Below are positions 20,301 to 29,625 of a stretch of 64,000 bases of DNA, one piece after another. Source of the stretch: Pedosphaera sp. (GTDB lineage Bacteria; Verrucomicrobiota; Verrucomicrobiia; Limisphaerales; SIBH01); NCBI GenBank assembly GCA_031414955.1, contig JANOQV010000240.1, positions 1 to 64,000 of the forward strand, written 5' to 3'. The notes below the pieces were generated by a model. The model did no database searches. It had not been told where the DNA came from and saw only the letters and a program-made list of their open reading frames with translations. Each line of letters starts with the position of its first letter. Within the stretch, counting starts at the first letter, position 1. The translations under genes and the position numbers were made by a program.

Positions 20301-22075
20301 ACGCTGCTCGCACTCAAAAGACCTGATGAGGAAATCGTCGTGGCACCGGAGTTTTCACCCCAAGTCGTTGAGCCGGTCACGTTCTGTGCGGAACCATCAC
20401 TGAACTGCGCCGTCGCAGTGAATTGTCCACTGCCATTCTCAGCGATCAATGCCGGGCCGGACACGGCGAGCGCGGTCAGTTGCACTCCGCCACTCACGAC
20501 GTAGAACGTGTACGGCAGTGACTCGACGGCTCCGCTGATCACTTTGACCGTCCAAGTCGCCGCGTCTGGTCCAACGGCAATGTTGTAGCGAATCTCGGTC
20601 GCGCTTCGGTAATCGAGGTGCGCGGGATTCGAGGGATAGGTGGTGGTTCCATCGTTAAATGAGAGCGTCGAACTGGCATTGAAACCTGAACCCGTGATGG
20701 TGATCCATTGCCGTTGGCCCACCGGCATTGCGTTAAGCGTTCTTGGAGACACGTCGCTGATGGTTGGAGCCGCAGTTGTCGCTGCTTCCACCGTGATTCG
20801 CTTGAGGTAATAGTCATAACGCACGCGGTTGAGGTCCACACGCGTGTTCGTCGTTTTCACGCGGATGTAGTGTGTTCCAACGTCGGCGGCAGTGGGCGTC
20901 CAAGAAAAGCCAGTCGAGCCGATGCTGCCAGCAGGACGGCTGATTTGAGTCACGGAGCCGATGTTTGCTCGTTCACCGTTGAAGGGGTTGGTGTCGCCAT
21001 CCGTGAAGAACGTGATGGTCTGCTGGGAACTCCGGTCTGCGTAGTAGTAAGGGATGCTGACCGTCTGCCCGACGGTGACCCGTTCGGGGTAAGTGCCACG
21101 TTGGTCGAAACCGACGTTCGGCCAAAACTGGAACGCTGTATCAACGGAAACACGGCTGCCAGTGCCACCGGCACCGGAGATAAACTGATTCACGCCGGAT
21201 GCAGGTCTGGCCAAGAGGGAGTTCGTGTAGCGACCAAAGTTGAAACCGGTTTCGTCCCTGGGCAGCGTGCAGTCGTACCAAGCGGTGACGATATGGTCGC
21301 CGTCGATCTCGGTGCCTGAACCTACGGCGATGTCAACCGTGCCATGATAGTAGGTATGTACGTGTCCGTGTTCTTCTCCTATCCCGATTCCCGTCAGAAC
21401 AGACGAAAGGTTTTGATTGAATGTTCCGGCAATACTCATTCCTTCAGGCGCGTCGTTCGCTTGGAAATAGTTATCCGCAAATACGACGTTCAGGAATGTC
21501 TCTGGCACCCAATCATTCCCGGGCGGAACATGCCACGGTCTGACTGGATGCGGATCAAGCGTTGTGAGTTGCTCAACGAGAATTCCATTCGCAGCAAGAC
21601 TGTAAGCCAGACGGCTGTTCAACGAAGCTCCACGACTGTGCCCAATCAGGTGAATAGGCAACTCAACCAAATAATGGCCATTGTGCTGCTGTCCGAACAG
21701 GTAATCGAAAAAGAGGTCGGCGACATTCTGAGCTGGATACTCAACGGTTTCATCGCTCGCTGCCGCCCAATCTAAGAGGATAATGGCCGCGCCGGAACTC
21801 ATCATGTCGATGCTCGATGCTCCGTCTTCGAGTTGAATGAGGTCATCTGCCGTAGTGCCGGCCGACTGCTTGTCGTACCTCACTCGATAAATTGGAATGT
21901 TTGCCCCGGTCCGGGCCTTGATGGCGTCCGCCATTTCACGCACCCAAGGTGGCAAATAGGTTCCGTTCGGCTGAAAGCCGTGCGTAATGATGGTCAGGCC
22001 GCAAGATGGACTGGCCGCTTTGATCGAAAGGCCGCACACCAAGGCGACGAGTAGTGAGATGATGCGTGTTTTCAT
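17336..22075 (-). CDS. 1579-aa secreted multidomain protein: alpha/beta-hydrolase-like N-terminus, Ig-like repeats, InlB B-repeat-like domain, two DNRLRE-like C-terminal domains
   Basis: Signal peptide; THG, GHSRG nucleophile elbow, TTLDPHP; four SGP.S..EN...QFTATA.FSDGS-type repeats; duplicated QPGP.DS.DIWTTSVYSY..LRVGGWGDEYYSLLQFDL..RPKLV domain. Confidence 0.8.
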   Translation of the reverse strand: MKTRIISLLVALVCGLSIKAASPSCGLTIITHGFQPNGTYLPPWVREMADAIKARTGANIPIYRVRYDKQSAGTTADDLIQLEDGASSIDMMSSGAAIILLDWAAASDETVEYPAQNVADLFFDYLFGQQHNGHYLVELPIHLIGHSRGASLNSRLAYSLAANGILVEQLTTLDPHPVRPWHVPPGNDWVPETFLNVVFADNYFQANDAPEGMSIAGTFNQNLSSVLTGIGIGEEHGHVHTYYHGTVDIAVGSGTEIDGDHIVTAWYDCTLPRDETGFNFGRYTNSLLARPASGVNQFISGAGGTGSRVSVDTAFQFWPNVGFDQRGTYPERVTVGQTVSIPYYYADRSSQQTITFFTDGDTNPFNGERANIGSVTQISRPAGSIGSTGFSWTPTAADVGTHYIRVKTTNTRVDLNRVRYDYYLKRITVEAATTAAPTISDVSPRTLNAMPVGQRQWITITGSGFNASSTLSFNDGTTTYPSNPAHLDYRSATEIRYNIAVGPDAATWTVKVISGAVESLPYTFYVVSGGVQLTALAVSGPALIAENGSGQFTATAQFSDGSAQNVTGSTTWGENSGATTISSSGLLSASSVGGDTAVTVSASYTAGGITRTANAGVTVVNSASCGIDVQERIVNGNFANNANNWTLTGSFQADARFAACASCPGYSYLANADGTGGNNLSGTLSQSITIPANATSATLGYNYRITSSDSTVTAFDFLSLNLVLPGGTLVGLDQRSNLHASGSYAFRSFDIIAYKGQTITVRFTATTDFGGPTTFRVDDVSVIVSVPNPVVPVLFGVGGPTSVAEGSTAQYNAIVVNCDGSIQSVSPSWSENSSATTISGSALLTVGNVGSDTPVTITATYGGFPALNYPITIVNSTSSFSYLAISGPSSINENSSGQFTATAIFSDGSSQSVSPSWSENSSATSISGSGQLTAGGVVSDTIMTVSASHTIGGVTRNANQDVLIVNVPTPPTLSSLSISGPSSVSENSTAQYAATASFSDGSTQGVNPTWGEDSSATSISIFGLLSAGEVAGDTPMTVSASYSFGGVTRSASLSVTVVNGVATPTFTLTVNASHGAVAKNPDQAAYTSGSQVVLTAAPANGYQFTHWSGDASGSLNPLTVTMSANTSITANFVAVPPVPHLGGFGVSNGVFRFVLRGPASGSFIIQASSNLMDWIPLGTFTIPVGGSLGLTDPMGGQGKRFYRALRQTEEPVVLQPGPTDSHDIWTTSVYSYAPGGGGPGGGLNDDRLRVGGWGDEYYSLLQFDLTGLPIKAASAVLYLYCHHQSGGGTPMFLDRITQSWDWQTQGTGSDFERLWWNDRPATTRWHEEPISNPAAGQWYAVNVTELYNAWQDGLYQNHGLQLRPAEYFNDDFNEFYSADYTNNPALRPKLVITPSPVITVQPGPLDSKDIWTTSVYSYAPSGGGSGGGLNDENLRVGGWGDEYYSLLQFDLAGLPTNAASAVLHLYCSSQSSGGTAMYLDRVTAFWDWRTQGTGLDRDRLWWADRPSTTLWFEGALPTPMAGQWYTVDITGLYRAWQSGSLPNHGLQFRPVEYFNNNFNQFRSADSTEQSLRPKLVVTP

Positions 22076-22276
22076 GGTTGCTGTTGGGTTCGGTTAATTG
22101 AGTTTGTTCGTGGGTTAACTGCTTGGCTCCAGTTGGTTCTTGCGGGAAATCTTCTTGCGAATGGCGGAACCGAGGCGGGTGAAATAGCACCGCTGTCCAA
22201 CGGCCGTAACTGCCGGATGCGCCCAGTTGCTTGAATTCTCACTCCGTCGGGCCGGCAAAAGTTTTTCATTCACCCC

Positions 22277-22305
22277 TTCCAAACGGAGCGGCCGAGAAGC
22301 GTGAC
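22277..22305 (-). promoter_or_regulatory. Candidate ECF-sigma promoter for the large secreted protein
   Basis: GTCACGCTTC-N8-TCCGTTTGGAA on the minus strand; same motif and spacing at 23166-23194. Confidence 0.5.
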
Positions 22306-22414
22306 AAAGTTTTTTTCTGGAAGGTACGATGGCGTCCTGCAATGCCGCGCGGTCCCGCAGTTCGCTTTGCCGCCTTGCCACGCGGGGCCGGGTTGGGTAG
22401 AGACACGGCACCTT

Positions 22415-23143
22415 ATGGCACCCGCGCACGCCACGTCCGCCCAGTTCACCGAGACTCGATGGACGGTCATCCTCGCCGCCCAAGCGGGAGGAGCGAACGC
22501 GGCGGAAGCCTGGAGCCAGCTCTGCCAGAAAAATTACTTCCCGGTCTATGCCTTCATCCGGCGTCAGGGCACGGCTCCGCATGACGCGCAGGATTTAACC
22601 CAGGGATTCTTCGCCCATGTGCTCGGGCAGGACTGGCTGGCGAACGTGGATCGCACCAAGGGATTGTTCCGCACCTTCGTGTTGCGATGTCTCAAGAATT
22701 TCCTGTCGAACGAGCGGCAAAAGAGCGGCGCGTCGAAACGAAATCCCGAGCTGCCTTTAGTTTTACTGGATGCGACGGATGCCGAGGAACGCTACCAACT
22801 GGAACCGCGGGACGGAGCCGATCCCGCCGTGCTGTTTGACCGCCAATGGGCTTCCTGCCTGATCGGGCGGGTGCTGGCGAAACTTCAGGCCGAGTATGTG
22901 GCCAGGAACGCCAGTCACTTGTTCGAGGCGCTGTTGCCTTCGCTGGTGGGCGAAAGTGAGCGTGGAGATTGGGGACCAGTCGCCGCCGGCCTGGGAAAGT
23001 CAGTGGAGGCCGCGAAGACCGCAGGGTCACGTTTGCGCGCCGAATTCCGCGAATCGTTGCGCCGGGAGATTGGGGAGACGGTTGATAGTCTCGAGGAAGT
23101 GGAGGAGGAGATTCGGGCGCTGTTCCAGCTTTTTGAGCGTTGA
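22415..23143 (+). CDS. ECF sigma factor, kinase-associated PVC type
   Basis: FTETRWTVIL, YFPVYAFIRR, DAQDLTQGFF, KG.FRTF, FDRQWA, HTH region with RLRAEFRE.LRREI.ETV. Confidence 0.9.
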   Translation: MAPAHATSAQFTETRWTVILAAQAGGANAAEAWSQLCQKNYFPVYAFIRRQGTAPHDAQDLTQGFFAHVLGQDWLANVDRTKGLFRTFVLRCLKNFLSNERQKSGASKRNPELPLVLLDATDAEERYQLEPRDGADPAVLFDRQWASCLIGRVLAKLQAEYVARNASHLFEALLPSLVGESERGDWGPVAAGLGKSVEAAKTAGSRLRAEFRESLRREIGETVDSLEEVEEEIRALFQLFER

Positions 23144-23165
23144 GGCGAATCGGCTCCAATCCTCG

Positions 23166-23194
23166 GTCACACTTCCGGCCTCTTCCGGTTGGTA
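23166..23194 (+). promoter_or_regulatory. Candidate ECF-sigma promoter for the kinase gene
   Basis: GTCACACTTC-N8-TCCGGTTGGTA; 20/29 ungapped identity to the 22277-22305 motif. Confidence 0.5.
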
Positions 23195-23198
23195 ATGA

Positions 23199-26100
23199 GT
23201 GTGGGCCAGCAAAATTAATGACGTGATAAGCGCCGAACGCAAATGTCCTTCGTGTGGAGACGTGATCCCGACCAGCGCGCCGATGGGCCAGTGTGTGCCG
23301 TGTCTGTTCAGAACCGGCGTGAGCCGCAAAAAGACTGAACCACCGCCGGACAATTCGTCCTCGACCAAAACAAAATTTCCCGAACGCATCGGCCCCTACA
23401 AACTCCTGGAGCAGATCGGCGAAGGCGGCATGGGCCTCGTGTGGCGGGCCGAGCAGGAAGAACCGGTGCGCCGCCGCGTGGCCTTGAAGGTCATCAAGCA
23501 CGGAATGGATTCCAGCCAAGTGCTGGCCCGCTTTGAGGCCGAGCGCCAGGCCCTAGCCATGATGGAGCATCCCCACATTGCCAAAGTGTTCGACGCGGGC
23601 CGCGCGCCCGATGGCCGGCCTTACTTCGTGATGGAACTGGTCGAGGGCATTTCCATCACGGAATTTTGTGACGAACAGCGACTTTCCATTCGCGAGCGGC
23701 TCGAGTTGTTCATCCCGGTCTGCCACGCCATTCAGCACGCGCATCAGAAGGGGATCATCCATCGCGACATCAAGCCATCGAACGTGCTGGTGGCGCTCCA
23801 CGATGGAAAACCCGTGCCCAAGGTGATCGACTTCGGCGTGGCCAAGGCGGTGGAACAAAGGCTCACGGAAAAAACTTTGATCACGCAATTCGGCGCGGTC
23901 GTGGGCACGCCGCAATACATGTCGCCGGAACAGGCCGGCTTGAACGAACTGGACATCGACACGCGCAGCGACATCTACAGCCTGGGCGTGCTCCTCTACG
24001 AACTGCTCACCGGTACGACGCCTTTGACCGAGGTGGCCGTGAAGACGCCGCCGTTTGACGAGGTGTTGCGCCGCATCCGCACCGAGGAGCCGCCGCGCCC
24101 GAGCACGCGCCTGAACGAGAGCGGAGAACGGCGGTCCGACATCCTGGCAAAGCGGGGTCTCCCCCCCGCGACCCTGGCGAAACAGTTGCGCGGCGATCTG
24201 GATTGGATCGTGATGAAGGCGTTGGAGAAGAATCGTGACCGTCGTTACGAAATGGCGGGCGGGCTGGCGCTGGACATTCAAAAGCACCTCCGCAACGAGA
24301 CCGTTTCCGCCCGCCCACCCACGGTGCGCTATCGAGTTGGGAAACTGATTCGCCGGCACCGGATCGGAGTGGCTTTGGGAGGGACGTTGCTGCTGGCAGT
24401 GACCGCGGCGGCAGGACTGCGCTTTTATCAACGGCAGTCCGCCCGACAGGTGCTGGAGGCCATGCTGCTTGAGAGCAAACTGGCGCGCATCGACCAGCGG
24501 GCGGCGGGCTGGTTCAGCACGAGTTGGACGAAGTTGCAGCGCGCCGCCGCGACGCTCGGCCAGGGCGAAGTGGCGGGACAGGCCACGGCGGTGCTCTCCG
24601 GTTTGGATGCGCGACTGGCCTGGGATTACTTCGACGTGGCGGGAGCGGCGGCGGCGTTTGCCGCAGACGGACGCGTGCTGGTGGGCGGGGCGGCCGCCCG
24701 AGGCGGCACTCCAGTCCTGATCTTCGACACCAACGGGGTGAAAACCGAATTGATTGTCCGCGGAGACGGACGCGTTTGCTGGAGTGCCGAAGGCGTGCCT
24801 CTGCACTTCACCGTCTCGAATCACGTCGGCGTGCTGAGGGAAGCGAACACGGGCAAGGTGCGCCGGGAATTTCCTTTTCGTGAAGGCGAGGCACCGGTGG
24901 CATCCGACTGGCCGGTGGTGGCGGTGTCCGGTGATGGGAGCCTGGTTGCGGCGGCGGTCGCGCGCGCGGATGGATCAGCCCGGGTCGTGATTTGGGAAGC
25001 CAGGAGAGGCCAGACCTTGGGCGAAGCGCCGATGCGCGCCACCGCCTTAGCGTTCAGCCCTGATGCCTCGCTGCTGGCGGCGGGTGGTGTGAACGGGCGG
25101 ACTGAAGTGTACTCGGTGCGAGAATTCGCGCGTCTGGCCGATCTGCCACCGGCCGTGCGCCCAACTCCGATCCTCGGCCTAGCTTTTGGTCGGGATGTCC
25201 TGACCCGCGATGCGTCCGGCGACCGCGCATTACGCTGGGTGTTGGGCGCGGGCGATCAAGGTGGCATGGTCGTGGTCTGGGATTTGAATACCCAGGTTCC
25301 CCGCTCCTTCTGCCGTGGCTCGGCTTGGAATGTGCAGTCCGTGGCCTTTCATCCCGACGGATTGACCATGGTGTCTGCCGGCCGGAATGAAGCCTGGCTA
25401 TGGGACGTGATGACCGGACAAAGCTTGCTTCGATTCCAACAAGGCTCGGGTTCTGACTGTCGGGCCCTGGCGTTTAATGAGGATGGAACGCGGCTCTTGA
25501 TCGGCAATGAGCCGCGCAGCAGCAGAAGCTGGGTGGGCCTGTGGGAAATGGAACCACATCACGGGATTCATGCCTTGCGCGGTTTTGTGACTACCGCGCG
25601 CCAAGTGTGGTTTTCGCCCGACAGTCGGCTCGTGGCTTCCCTGTCCGATGACTGGCGGGTGGCGGTATGGGAGGCGGAATCCGGAAAACTGCTGCGACTC
25701 TTCGAGGCTCCGGTCGGGGACGTGGCGGATAACGCCTCCGGAGTATTCGACGCGCGGAGTCAGCAATTTGCTTTTGCCACCTGGACGAACGCGTGCCTTT
25801 ACGATCTGGACTCAGGGCGCGTGCTGCGCCGCTGGCCGTTGACCAACGGTTTCTCGGATCAATTGCAATTCGACCGTGACGGGAGGCTGTTGCTGGTGCG
25901 TCGTGAGCCCCGGCCCGATCATGCCAGCCGCAGATTCTGGCGCTTGTATGAGTTGGGCGCTGGAGATGTCCCCCGGTTGCTGCACGGACAAAGCGATCTG
26001 AACTGGCGCACGGGGGGCACATTTTTTCGACCGGGCGGCGACCGGTTTCTCGTGTGGGGAACGAACTTGAACAGCGCCAACTTGCAGGTCAAAGCCTACG

Positions 26101-26510
26101 ACGCCGCCACCGGACGTGAGTTGTGGCATGTGCGCACCGAGTGTCAGGGCATGTTGACCGCGTTTTTGGACCCGACCGGCCAGTGGTTCAGTTACGCGCC
26201 TAAGAACACTGAACTTCGCCTGATGCGGTGGTCGGATTTCAGCGAAGTCAGGACGACTGGCACGGGTTACGAAGCCATCAGTCCATCAGGTGAAGATTTC
26301 GCGGGCAATGGGTGGCTGGCCTGGGATCACCGCGGCGCGACGCACAGCGTTCCGTTCGGTGCTGATTCACATCACTCCAGCGTTCCTCCACGTTTCAGCC
26401 CGGACGGACGATATCTCGCGCGGGCCACAGTCAACGGTTTCATCCAGTTGGTTCATCGCGACGAAGTGCGGAAACGATTGGAATCACTCGGGCAGCCGCG
26501 TGGCCAGTGA
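23199..26510 (+). CDS. Hanks-type Ser/Thr kinase with CxxC..CxxC knuckle, TM helix and WD40 repeats
   Basis: [49 protein letters not shown]; repeated FSPD/FHPD..W motifs; GTG start 23199 or 23223. Confidence 0.95.
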   Translation: MWASKINDVISAERKCPSCGDVIPTSAPMGQCVPCLFRTGVSRKKTEPPPDNSSSTKTKFPERIGPYKLLEQIGEGGMGLVWRAEQEEPVRRRVALKVIKHGMDSSQVLARFEAERQALAMMEHPHIAKVFDAGRAPDGRPYFVMELVEGISITEFCDEQRLSIRERLELFIPVCHAIQHAHQKGIIHRDIKPSNVLVALHDGKPVPKVIDFGVAKAVEQRLTEKTLITQFGAVVGTPQYMSPEQAGLNELDIDTRSDIYSLGVLLYELLTGTTPLTEVAVKTPPFDEVLRRIRTEEPPRPSTRLNESGERRSDILAKRGLPPATLAKQLRGDLDWIVMKALEKNRDRRYEMAGGLALDIQKHLRNETVSARPPTVRYRVGKLIRRHRIGVALGGTLLLAVTAAAGLRFYQRQSARQVLEAMLLESKLARIDQRAAGWFSTSWTKLQRAAATLGQGEVAGQATAVLSGLDARLAWDYFDVAGAAAAFAADGRVLVGGAAARGGTPVLIFDTNGVKTELIVRGDGRVCWSAEGVPLHFTVSNHVGVLREANTGKVRREFPFREGEAPVASDWPVVAVSGDGSLVAAAVARADGSARVVIWEARRGQTLGEAPMRATALAFSPDASLLAAGGVNGRTEVYSVREFARLADLPPAVRPTPILGLAFGRDVLTRDASGDRALRWVLGAGDQGGMVVVWDLNTQVPRSFCRGSAWNVQSVAFHPDGLTMVSAGRNEAWLWDVMTGQSLLRFQQGSGSDCRALAFNEDGTRLLIGNEPRSSRSWVGLWEMEPHHGIHALRGFVTTARQVWFSPDSRLVASLSDDWRVAVWEAESGKLLRLFEAPVGDVADNASGVFDARSQQFAFATWTNACLYDLDSGRVLRRWPLTNGFSDQLQFDRDGRLLLVRREPRPDHASRRFWRLYELGAGDVPRLLHGQSDLNWRTGGTFFRPGGDRFLVWGTNLNSANLQVKAYDAATGRELWHVRTECQGMLTAFLDPTGQWFSYAPKNTELRLMRWSDFSEVRTTGTGYEAISPSGEDFAGNGWLAWDHRGATHSVPFGADSHHSSVPPRFSPDGRYLARATVNGFIQLVHRDEVRKRLESLGQPRGQ

Positions 26511-26656
26511 CGGAGACTTGTCACCACCGCGGCAGCCCAGGCGCACCGCAATTTGTGGCTGCAATTGTTGTCAGCCAGTCCAGCCAGGTGTGATCGGTCC
26601 AGGTTGGGGTACGACGAGTTTGACGCGGCGTGGCCTGCTTCTCTACCTTCCCGCGA

Positions 26657-26854
26657 ATGATTATTGCGCCCTCGCTGCTTGCCGCGAACTTCGGACGCTT
26701 TGCCTCCGATGCGAAGCGCGTCCAGAGCGCCGGAGCGGAGTGGCTGCACCTCGACATCATGGACGGCCACTTCGTGCCGAACATTTCCTTCGGGCCGGAG
26801 GTGGTGCGCGTGGTGCGGCCCGTGGCACGCCTGCGGCCGGGCCGCCATTCCTGA
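26657..26854 (+). pseudogene. rpe: 5' fragment of ribulose-phosphate 3-epimerase
   Basis: MIIAPSLLAANF..HLDIMDGHFVPNISFGP is clearly Rpe; homology stops after about 55-58 codons and no DVHLM motif follows before purB. Confidence 0.85.
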
Positions 26855-26970
26855 CTCGGAATTCGGGTTTAATCAGCGCTTCCCTTGAGATGGGTCTGGA
26901 GTCGGGCCGCTCTGGTTCTGCGGAGGCAAGGGAGGGAGGACCAGCCACGACCGACCGGAGGTGGGCGCAC

Positions 26971-26998
26971 TCGACTCTCGACCCTCGACCTTCGACTT
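26971..26998 (+). repeat. Heptamer tandem repeat (TCGACYY)x4
   Basis: TCGACTC TCGACCC TCGACCT TCGACTT just upstream of purB. Confidence 0.8.
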
Positions 26999-27013
26999 CT
27001 TAGCCTGTGGCCC

Positions 27014-28348
27014 ATGATTACGCGCTATTCGCGCCCCGAGATGCGGGCGATTTGGACGGACGAAAACAAGCTCAAGCTCTGGCTGCAAATCGAGCTACTG
27101 GCCAGCGAGGCCTTGGTCAAGGAACGCATCGTGCCCGCGAAGGACTTCGCAAAGATCAAAGCCGGCTGCAACCAGTGGTTCGCCGATCTGCCCGGCCTCG
27201 TGGCCCGCCAGAAGGAGCTGGAGAAGGTGCTCAACCACGATGTCATCGGCTTCACCACCGCCGTCGCGGAAAAGATCAACGATGACGCCAGCCGCTGGTT
27301 TCATTTCGGCCTGACCAGCAGCGACGTGGGCGACACCTGCTATGCCATGCAAATGGCGCAGAGCGCGGACATCCTCATCGCCGACGTGAAGAAGCTGCTT
27401 GTGATCCTCAAGCGGCGTGCGAACGAGTTTAAGTTTACCGCCTGCATCGGTCGCAGCCACGGCATCCACGCCGAGCCGACCACCTTCGGACTGAAGCTGG
27501 CGCTGATGCACGATGAGTTCGCCCGCGCGCTCGAACGCCTCCAGCGCGTGCGCAAAGTAGTCGCGGTCGGTAAAATCTCCGGCGCGGTCGGCACCAGCGC
27601 GCACCTGTCGCCGCGCGTCGAGGCCTACGTCTGCCAGAAGCTCGGCTTACGTGCCGCGCCCATCGCCACGCAGGTGGTGCAGCGCGACATTCATGCTGAG
27701 TTCCAGCTCACGCTCGCGCTGATCGGCGCGAGCATCGAACGCTGGGCCGTCGAGTTCCGTCACCTGCAACGCACCGAAGTGCTCGAAGCCGAGGAGCCTT
27801 TCACCAAGGGTCAGAAAGGCAGCAGTGCCATGCCGCACAAGCGCAACCCCATCACCTGGGAACGTCTCACCGGCCTGTCCCGCGTGCTGCGTGGCAACGC
27901 CATGGCCGCGCTGGAAAACGTCGCCCTCTGGCACGAGCGCGACATCAGCCACAGCAGCGTCGAGCGCATCATCTTCCCCGACTCCTGCACGCTGCTCGAC
28001 TACATGTTCGGCCTGCTCAAGCGCATGATGGATGGGCTCACCGTTTATCCCGAGAACATGAAGCGCAACCTCGGCCTCTCGCTCGGCATGTGGAACAGCC
28101 AGACCGTGCTGCTCGCGCTCATCCGCAAGGGCCTGACCCGCGAGGCCGCCTACCAGCTCGTGCAGGACGCCGCCATGCGGACTTGGGAAGTCAAACACGC
28201 CGGCCGCGACGACGCCGATTTCGTCGAGCAGTTGCTCGCCGATCCCGCCGTCGCGAAACATTTCAAGAAGGGCGAACTCGACCGGCTCTGTTCGCTCGAC
28301 TTCCATTTCAAGGAAGTGAACAGCCGGTTCAAGAAACTGGGACTTTGA
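27014..28348 (+). CDS. purB: Adenylosuccinate lyase
   Basis: MITRYSRPEM, HFGLTSSD, GRSHGIHAEPTTFG, GSSAMPHKRNP, WHERDISHSSVER. Confidence 0.97.
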   Translation: MITRYSRPEMRAIWTDENKLKLWLQIELLASEALVKERIVPAKDFAKIKAGCNQWFADLPGLVARQKELEKVLNHDVIGFTTAVAEKINDDASRWFHFGLTSSDVGDTCYAMQMAQSADILIADVKKLLVILKRRANEFKFTACIGRSHGIHAEPTTFGLKLALMHDEFARALERLQRVRKVVAVGKISGAVGTSAHLSPRVEAYVCQKLGLRAAPIATQVVQRDIHAEFQLTLALIGASIERWAVEFRHLQRTEVLEAEEPFTKGQKGSSAMPHKRNPITWERLTGLSRVLRGNAMAALENVALWHERDISHSSVERIIFPDSCTLLDYMFGLLKRMMDGLTVYPENMKRNLGLSLGMWNSQTVLLALIRKGLTREAAYQLVQDAAMRTWEVKHAGRDDADFVEQLLADPAVAKHFKKGELDRLCSLDFHFKEVNSRFKKLGL

Positions 28349-28372
28349 CCTGCCCTCCCGTCTAGCTACTGT
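28345..28372 (+). promoter_or_regulatory. Putative sigma70 promoter of the defence operon, overlapping the purB stop codon
   Basis: TTGACC-N16-TACTGT, 11 nt before ATG 28384. Confidence 0.35.
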
Positions 28373-28383
28373 CCGTTAAGCCA

Positions 28384-29625
28384 ATGATAACGAGCGTCAC
28401 CATTGAAGGCTTCAAGAGCTTCGGCAGTCCGGCCAAGCCGGTCGAACTTGGCCCGCTCAATTTCATTGTCGGAGCAAATGCATCAGGGAAAACGAATTTT
28501 GTATCTGCGCTCAGATTCCTCCACTTGGCGATGACGGAAGGCTTGGAGCGAACGGTCGCACGCCCTGAATTTGACGGCCTTTGGGGAATCCGAAACTCCA
28601 TTGTCTTTTCCAAGAATCGCTCCACCAAAGGGCGCTCCAAGCCACTTGCCATTTCGATTCGGATTCAGGGGCCATTCCCAGAACAACCTTCGTCGGGCAC
28701 TCAAACATTCCACGTCGAATCAGCTTATTATCGTTTGGAGATTGGCTTCGATGACAAGACCTCACGTCCGTTTGTCAAAGCCGAGACGTTTGAGGCACAA
28801 ATTCGAACCTCCACGGCGGTCAGTGCCGCCTACGCGCTCAAGCGGAGTGAAAAATCCTTGGAGATCACAGATCCTCTAAACAGCGAACGACCCAAGCATA
28901 CTGCTCAAGTTCCGGTCAGTGTGCGGACTCGATTGTCAGTCGAGGAATGGTCGTTCGGATTGCCGGCTCTGTGGTTTCATCAGTGGGTTTCGCACTGGCG
29001 CTTCTTTGGAATCATTCCCAATGTCGCGAGAGCTGTGGCGCGTGAATCGTCGCAGGTCGAACTGGGTTCGGAGGGTGAAAACCTGGCCGCCATACTGCAC
29101 CAGATTGAGAAGCAAAACGGCCAAGGATGCATGCCGGCCATCTTAAGCGGTCTGCGTGGCGCGGTTCCCGACATCCAGCGTATCAAAACGCTGCGGCTGG
29201 AGTCCGGCGATCAATGGACGTTTCAAGTCATGGAGAAACATATCCGCGCCTTGAGTCCCGCCTCGGTATCGGACGGTACTATCCGCCTGCTTGCGCTCAT
29301 GGTGGTGCTTTGCTGGAGTTCGAAAGCCGCATCCCTTCTGGTGATCGAGGAACCAGAAAACAATCTACACCCGCATTTGTGTGAGCAATTGGTCGCGACG
29401 TTCCGCGCTGTATCCGAAGAGCGGCAGATCATCGCCACAACCCACAGCCCGGGCTTTCTGGACTATCTGGAGTTGAACGAACTGCTCATGTGCGAGCGCG
29501 ATGCTACGACGCACTTCACCGTTTTGATTCCCGCGGCCAGCAAGGAAAACGTGGAGATTTTCCGGCGCAAGTTTTCATTGGGCGAACTATGGGTACAGAG
29601 CCTGTTGGGAGGCGTTCCACAATGA
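28384..29625 (+). CDS. ABC-type ATPase of AAA_21/AAA_15 (OLD-ABC-like) defence class
   Basis: IEGFKSF, Walker A GANASGKTN, signature VSDGT, Walker B LLVIEEPENNLHP, H-loop TTHSP. Confidence 0.9.
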   Translation: MITSVTIEGFKSFGSPAKPVELGPLNFIVGANASGKTNFVSALRFLHLAMTEGLERTVARPEFDGLWGIRNSIVFSKNRSTKGRSKPLAISIRIQGPFPEQPSSGTQTFHVESAYYRLEIGFDDKTSRPFVKAETFEAQIRTSTAVSAAYALKRSEKSLEITDPLNSERPKHTAQVPVSVRTRLSVEEWSFGLPALWFHQWVSHWRFFGIIPNVARAVARESSQVELGSEGENLAAILHQIEKQNGQGCMPAILSGLRGAVPDIQRIKTLRLESGDQWTFQVMEKHIRALSPASVSDGTIRLLALMVVLCWSSKAASLLVIEEPENNLHPHLCEQLVATFRAVSEERQIIATTHSPGFLDYLELNELLMCERDATTHFTVLIPAASKENVEIFRRKFSLGELWVQSLLGGVPQ

